Origin: Bacillota bacterium
Lineage (GTDB): Bacteria; Bacillota; Clostridia; Lachnospirales; Lachnospiraceae
DNA: 64,000 nt
Direction: 5' to 3'
Assembly (NCBI GenBank): GCA_029226935.1
Contig: JAQXYZ010000066.1
Coordinates: 1,748 to 65,747 of the forward strand
Made by a program: the position numbers and the translations under genes
In this document: piece by piece, positions 61,468-64,000 of the stretch
Position numbering within the stretch: position 1 is the first letter of the stretch
Layout: every line of letters begins with the position of its first letter
Notes under the pieces: model-generated
Database searches by the model: none
Told to the model about the DNA's origin: nothing
The model's input: the letters and a program-made list of their open reading frames with translations, nothing else

Positions 61468-61518
61468 AAAAAACCGCTTTATACTGGATATAGTAGTCTA
61501 GTGAAAGGCAGTGTCAAT

Positions 61519-62526
61519 ATGAAGATAAATATTTATTATGGCGGCAGGGGTCTTATGGATGATCCTACATTATATGTAATTAATAAGATGCAGGCAGTTT
61601 TAGAGGAGCTCCATGTCACGGTAGAGAGGTTTAATTTGTATGAATTGAAGAACAGTATTACCACATTGCCCCAGACCATTAAGACTGCTGATGGCATTAT
61701 TCTTGCTTCTACTGTGGAATGGTATGGCATAGGTGGATATATGCATCAATTCTTGGATTCCTGCTGGCTGTATGGAGATAAGGAAAAGATTGCCAAAACA
61801 TATATGTGTCCGATAGTCATGTCAACTACTTACGGAGAAAGAGAAGGAAAACTGACACTTTCCGTTGCCTGGGAAATCTTAGGAGGGCTTCCATGCAGCG
61901 GCATTTGTGGTTATATTGCAGACACCTCCATTTTTGAAGGAAATGAAGATTATAATAAGATTATTGAAAAGAAAGCAGAAAATATGTACCGAACCATCAA
62001 TCAGAAGCTGGCAAGCTTACCTGCAAGTAATCAGGCAGTAAAACAGATGGTTTCCATTACGAAAAACATTGACTTAACACCTCAGGAATCCGAACAGCTA
62101 TCCCAGTATGCCTCTGATGACAGCTATGTTAAACGTCAGAAGCAGGATATACAGGAGCTTACAAGCCTTTTCAGGGATTTAATGGGAAACGCTGAAAAGG
62201 AAGATGGTAAGGAAGAGTACATTGCAGAATTTAAAGAGCATTTTGTTCCTCAGGCAGGGTTTAAGGCTGTTTATAAAATACAGATAGAAGGAAAAAGCAA
62301 AGCTCTTATTATAGAAATAAATGGTTCTGAGCATAACTATTACTATGGCAATGCAGATAATCCTGATGTCGAAATACAGATAAACAGAGAGACTATGGAT
62401 GACATTACTTTTGCAAGGATGACTTTTCAGAGAGCATTTATGGGTGGCGCTATGAAGATGAAAGGTGACTTTAAAATCCTTCGCACACTGGATCAAATAT
62501 TTGTATTTCAAGAGAGAATACTTTAA
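61519..62526 (+). CDS. flavodoxin-like-fold NAD(P)H oxidoreductase domain fused to an SCP2-like lipid-binding domain
   Basis: The N-terminus KINIYYGGRG...ADGIILASTVEWYGIGGYM is a flavodoxin_2/FMN-reductase pattern. The C-terminus FQRAFMGGAMKMKGDFKILRTLDQIF is an SCP2 pattern. Confidence 0.6.
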   Translation: MKINIYYGGRGLMDDPTLYVINKMQAVLEELHVTVERFNLYELKNSITTLPQTIKTADGIILASTVEWYGIGGYMHQFLDSCWLYGDKEKIAKTYMCPIVMSTTYGEREGKLTLSVAWEILGGLPCSGICGYIADTSIFEGNEDYNKIIEKKAENMYRTINQKLASLPASNQAVKQMVSITKNIDLTPQESEQLSQYASDDSYVKRQKQDIQELTSLFRDLMGNAEKEDGKEEYIAEFKEHFVPQAGFKAVYKIQIEGKSKALIIEINGSEHNYYYGNADNPDVEIQINRETMDDITFARMTFQRAFMGGAMKMKGDFKILRTLDQIFVFQERIL

Positions 62527-62595
62527 AATTTATGATACAAAGGAAGCACGAGAATGGTTTATTTCTTAAGGTGAATGCTTCGGAATGGAGGAAAT

Positions 62596-63006
62596 ATGAA
62601 ACAGGATAATTGTATTTTTTGTAAAATTATAGCAGGGGAAATTCCTTCTCAGACGCTTTACGAAGATGATCGGTTCAAGGTCATTCTGGATGTAGGTCCT
62701 GCCACTAAAGGTCATGCATTGATTCTCCCCAAGGAGCACTATGCAAATCTTTATGAGCTGCCGGAAGATACTGCAGCCGATGTATTTAAGCTTGCAAAAA
62801 AGATGATGACAAAAATGACAGAGAAACTGCACTGCGATGGATTTAATATTGTTCAAAACAATGGAGAAGTCGCAGGACAGACTGTATTTCATTTTCACAT
62901 GCATCTGATTCCCCGATATGAAAATGACGGAGAGATCTTGAAATACGTTGCCGGATCTCCCAGTCAGGAAGAACTGGCAGAAATCAAAAAGACTATTGCC
63001 GAATAA
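62596..63006 (+). CDS. HIT-family (Hint-like) nucleotide hydrolase
   Basis: CIFCKII and the histidine triad HFHMHLIP. ATG 62596 follows a GGAGG SD. Confidence 0.9.
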   Translation: MKQDNCIFCKIIAGEIPSQTLYEDDRFKVILDVGPATKGHALILPKEHYANLYELPEDTAADVFKLAKKMMTKMTEKLHCDGFNIVQNNGEVAGQTVFHFHMHLIPRYENDGEILKYVAGSPSQEELAEIKKTIAE

Positions 63007-63027
63007 ATGCTAAGCGGAGATTTTGTG

Positions 63028-63870
63028 ATGAGAACAATCAGCGTGGATGAAATTACCAAAAACATTAAAGAAATGTGCATAGAGGCAAATCATTATCTTT
63101 CGGAGGATATGAAGGAAGCATTAGAGCAGACAGCAGTTAAAGAGAAGTCGCCTCTGGGAAAGCAGATTTTGTGTCAGCTGAAAGATAATTTAAAGATTGC
63201 AGCCGAAGACATGATTCCCATTTGCCAGGATACAGGAATGGCTGTTATTTTTATGGAGATTGGGCAGGATGTGCATGTGGAAGGCGGACTTCTGACAGAT
63301 GCAGTAAATGAGGGGGTACGTCAGGGGTACACAGAAGGGTATCTGCGTAAATCAGTGGTAAAGGACCCCATTTACAGGGAGAATACCAAGGATAATACAC
63401 CTGCAGTCATTCATTATGATATTGTTGCAGGAGATCAAATTAAAATTACGATTGCGCCAAAGGGATTTGGAAGTGAAAATATGAGCCGTGTTTTTATGCT
63501 GAAACCGGCGGATGGAATTGAAGGTGTTAAGAATGCTATTCTTACAGCCGTAAAGGATGCTGGTCCCAATGCCTGTCCACCTATGGTAGTCGGTGTCGGC
63601 ATTGGTGGCACCTTTGAAAAATGTGCACTTCTTGCTAAAAAAGCATTGACCAGACCTGTGAATGAGCACTCAAAAATACCTTATGTGCGGGAAATGGAAG
63701 AGGAATTACTTTTGAAAATTAACCGGACAGGAATTGGTCCGGGGGGACTTGGTGGGAGTACCACGGCACTAGCCGTCAATATTAATACATATCCTACTCA
63801 CATTGCCGGTCTTCCTGTGGCTGTCAATATTTGCTGTCATGTGAACAGACATTGTGTCAGGATACTATAA
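63028..63870 (+). CDS. class I (Fe-S) fumarate hydratase / tartrate dehydratase alpha subunit
   Basis: ICQDTGMAVIF, KGFGSENMS, GPNACPPMVVGVGIGG, and CCHV near the C-terminus. Confidence 0.85.
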   Translation: MRTISVDEITKNIKEMCIEANHYLSEDMKEALEQTAVKEKSPLGKQILCQLKDNLKIAAEDMIPICQDTGMAVIFMEIGQDVHVEGGLLTDAVNEGVRQGYTEGYLRKSVVKDPIYRENTKDNTPAVIHYDIVAGDQIKITIAPKGFGSENMSRVFMLKPADGIEGVKNAILTAVKDAGPNACPPMVVGVGIGGTFEKCALLAKKALTRPVNEHSKIPYVREMEEELLLKINRTGIGPGGLGGSTTALAVNINTYPTHIAGLPVAVNICCHVNRHCVRIL

Positions 63871-63962
63871 AAATTAATGTATTAAGTATTCAGGGGATAA
63901 ACCTGTATCCCCATACATATATAGGCAGACAGGCAAGCCTGATATTTACCGAGGAGAGAAAA

Positions 63963-64000
63963 ATGGACAGACATATTACAGTGCCTTATGATGAGAAGAC
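63963..64000 (+). CDS. start of the probable Fe-S hydro-lyase beta subunit (partial, runs off the window)
   Basis: ATG 63963 follows a GAGGAGAG SD and reads MDRHITVPYDEK. It sits where a beta subunit would be expected after the alpha subunit. Only 12 codons are visible. Confidence 0.4.
   Translation, partial: MDRHITVPYDEK

Overview
This window is the replication-origin region of a low-GC Firmicutes chromosome. It looks like Clostridia, possibly Lachnospiraceae; that assignment is inferred from gene content and protein sequences.

Left arm (1-13.2 kb), all on the minus strand: serS (partial), an HD-GYP protein, DUF4446, spo0J, soj, a cluster of parS sites, a DegS/DegU-like two-component pair, rsmG, mnmG, mnmE, jag, yidC, yidD, rnpA and rpmH.

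Centre: a bipartite oriC, with DnaA boxes on both sides of dnaA. It is followed on the plus strand by dnaA, dnaN, yaaA, recF, gyrB and gyrA.

Right arm (22-64 kb), mixed housekeeping and accessory genes:
- a Cys-rich small protein, a CPA2 antiporter and an XRE-AbrB fusion regulator
- a GGDEF / DUF1538 / tandem P-II-like operon
- xth, and an MBOAT plus DltD-like O-acylation pair with a lipoprotein
- murG, DUF1624 and an RlmI-like methyltransferase
- a BMP lipoprotein gene coupled to a chemoreceptor gene
- a metal-permease-like protein, tRNA-Lys(CTT), tatD and rsmA
- a 900-aa TPR / acidic / degenerate-AAA protein, then glgB
- a 1012-aa unknown gene, flagellin and fliS behind a sigma-28-type promoter match
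- yaaL and bofA
- a tightly packed ten-gene Tad/Flp-type pilus operon (53.1-61.5 kb)
- a flavodoxin-SCP2 fusion, a HIT protein and class I fumarate hydratase subunits

I saw no rRNA, CRISPR array, transposase or integrase.

The three best candidates for poorly described biology:
1. The Gram-positive Tad locus. It has a degenerate TadZ, a pseudopilin with tandem His/Cys knuckles, a 462-aa pilin-like protein and a terminal FHA membrane protein.
2. The 1012-aa gene that overlaps the flagellin start codon.
3. The GGDEF / DUF1538 / double P-II operon.

All family calls come from reading motifs by eye. No searches or computations were run.
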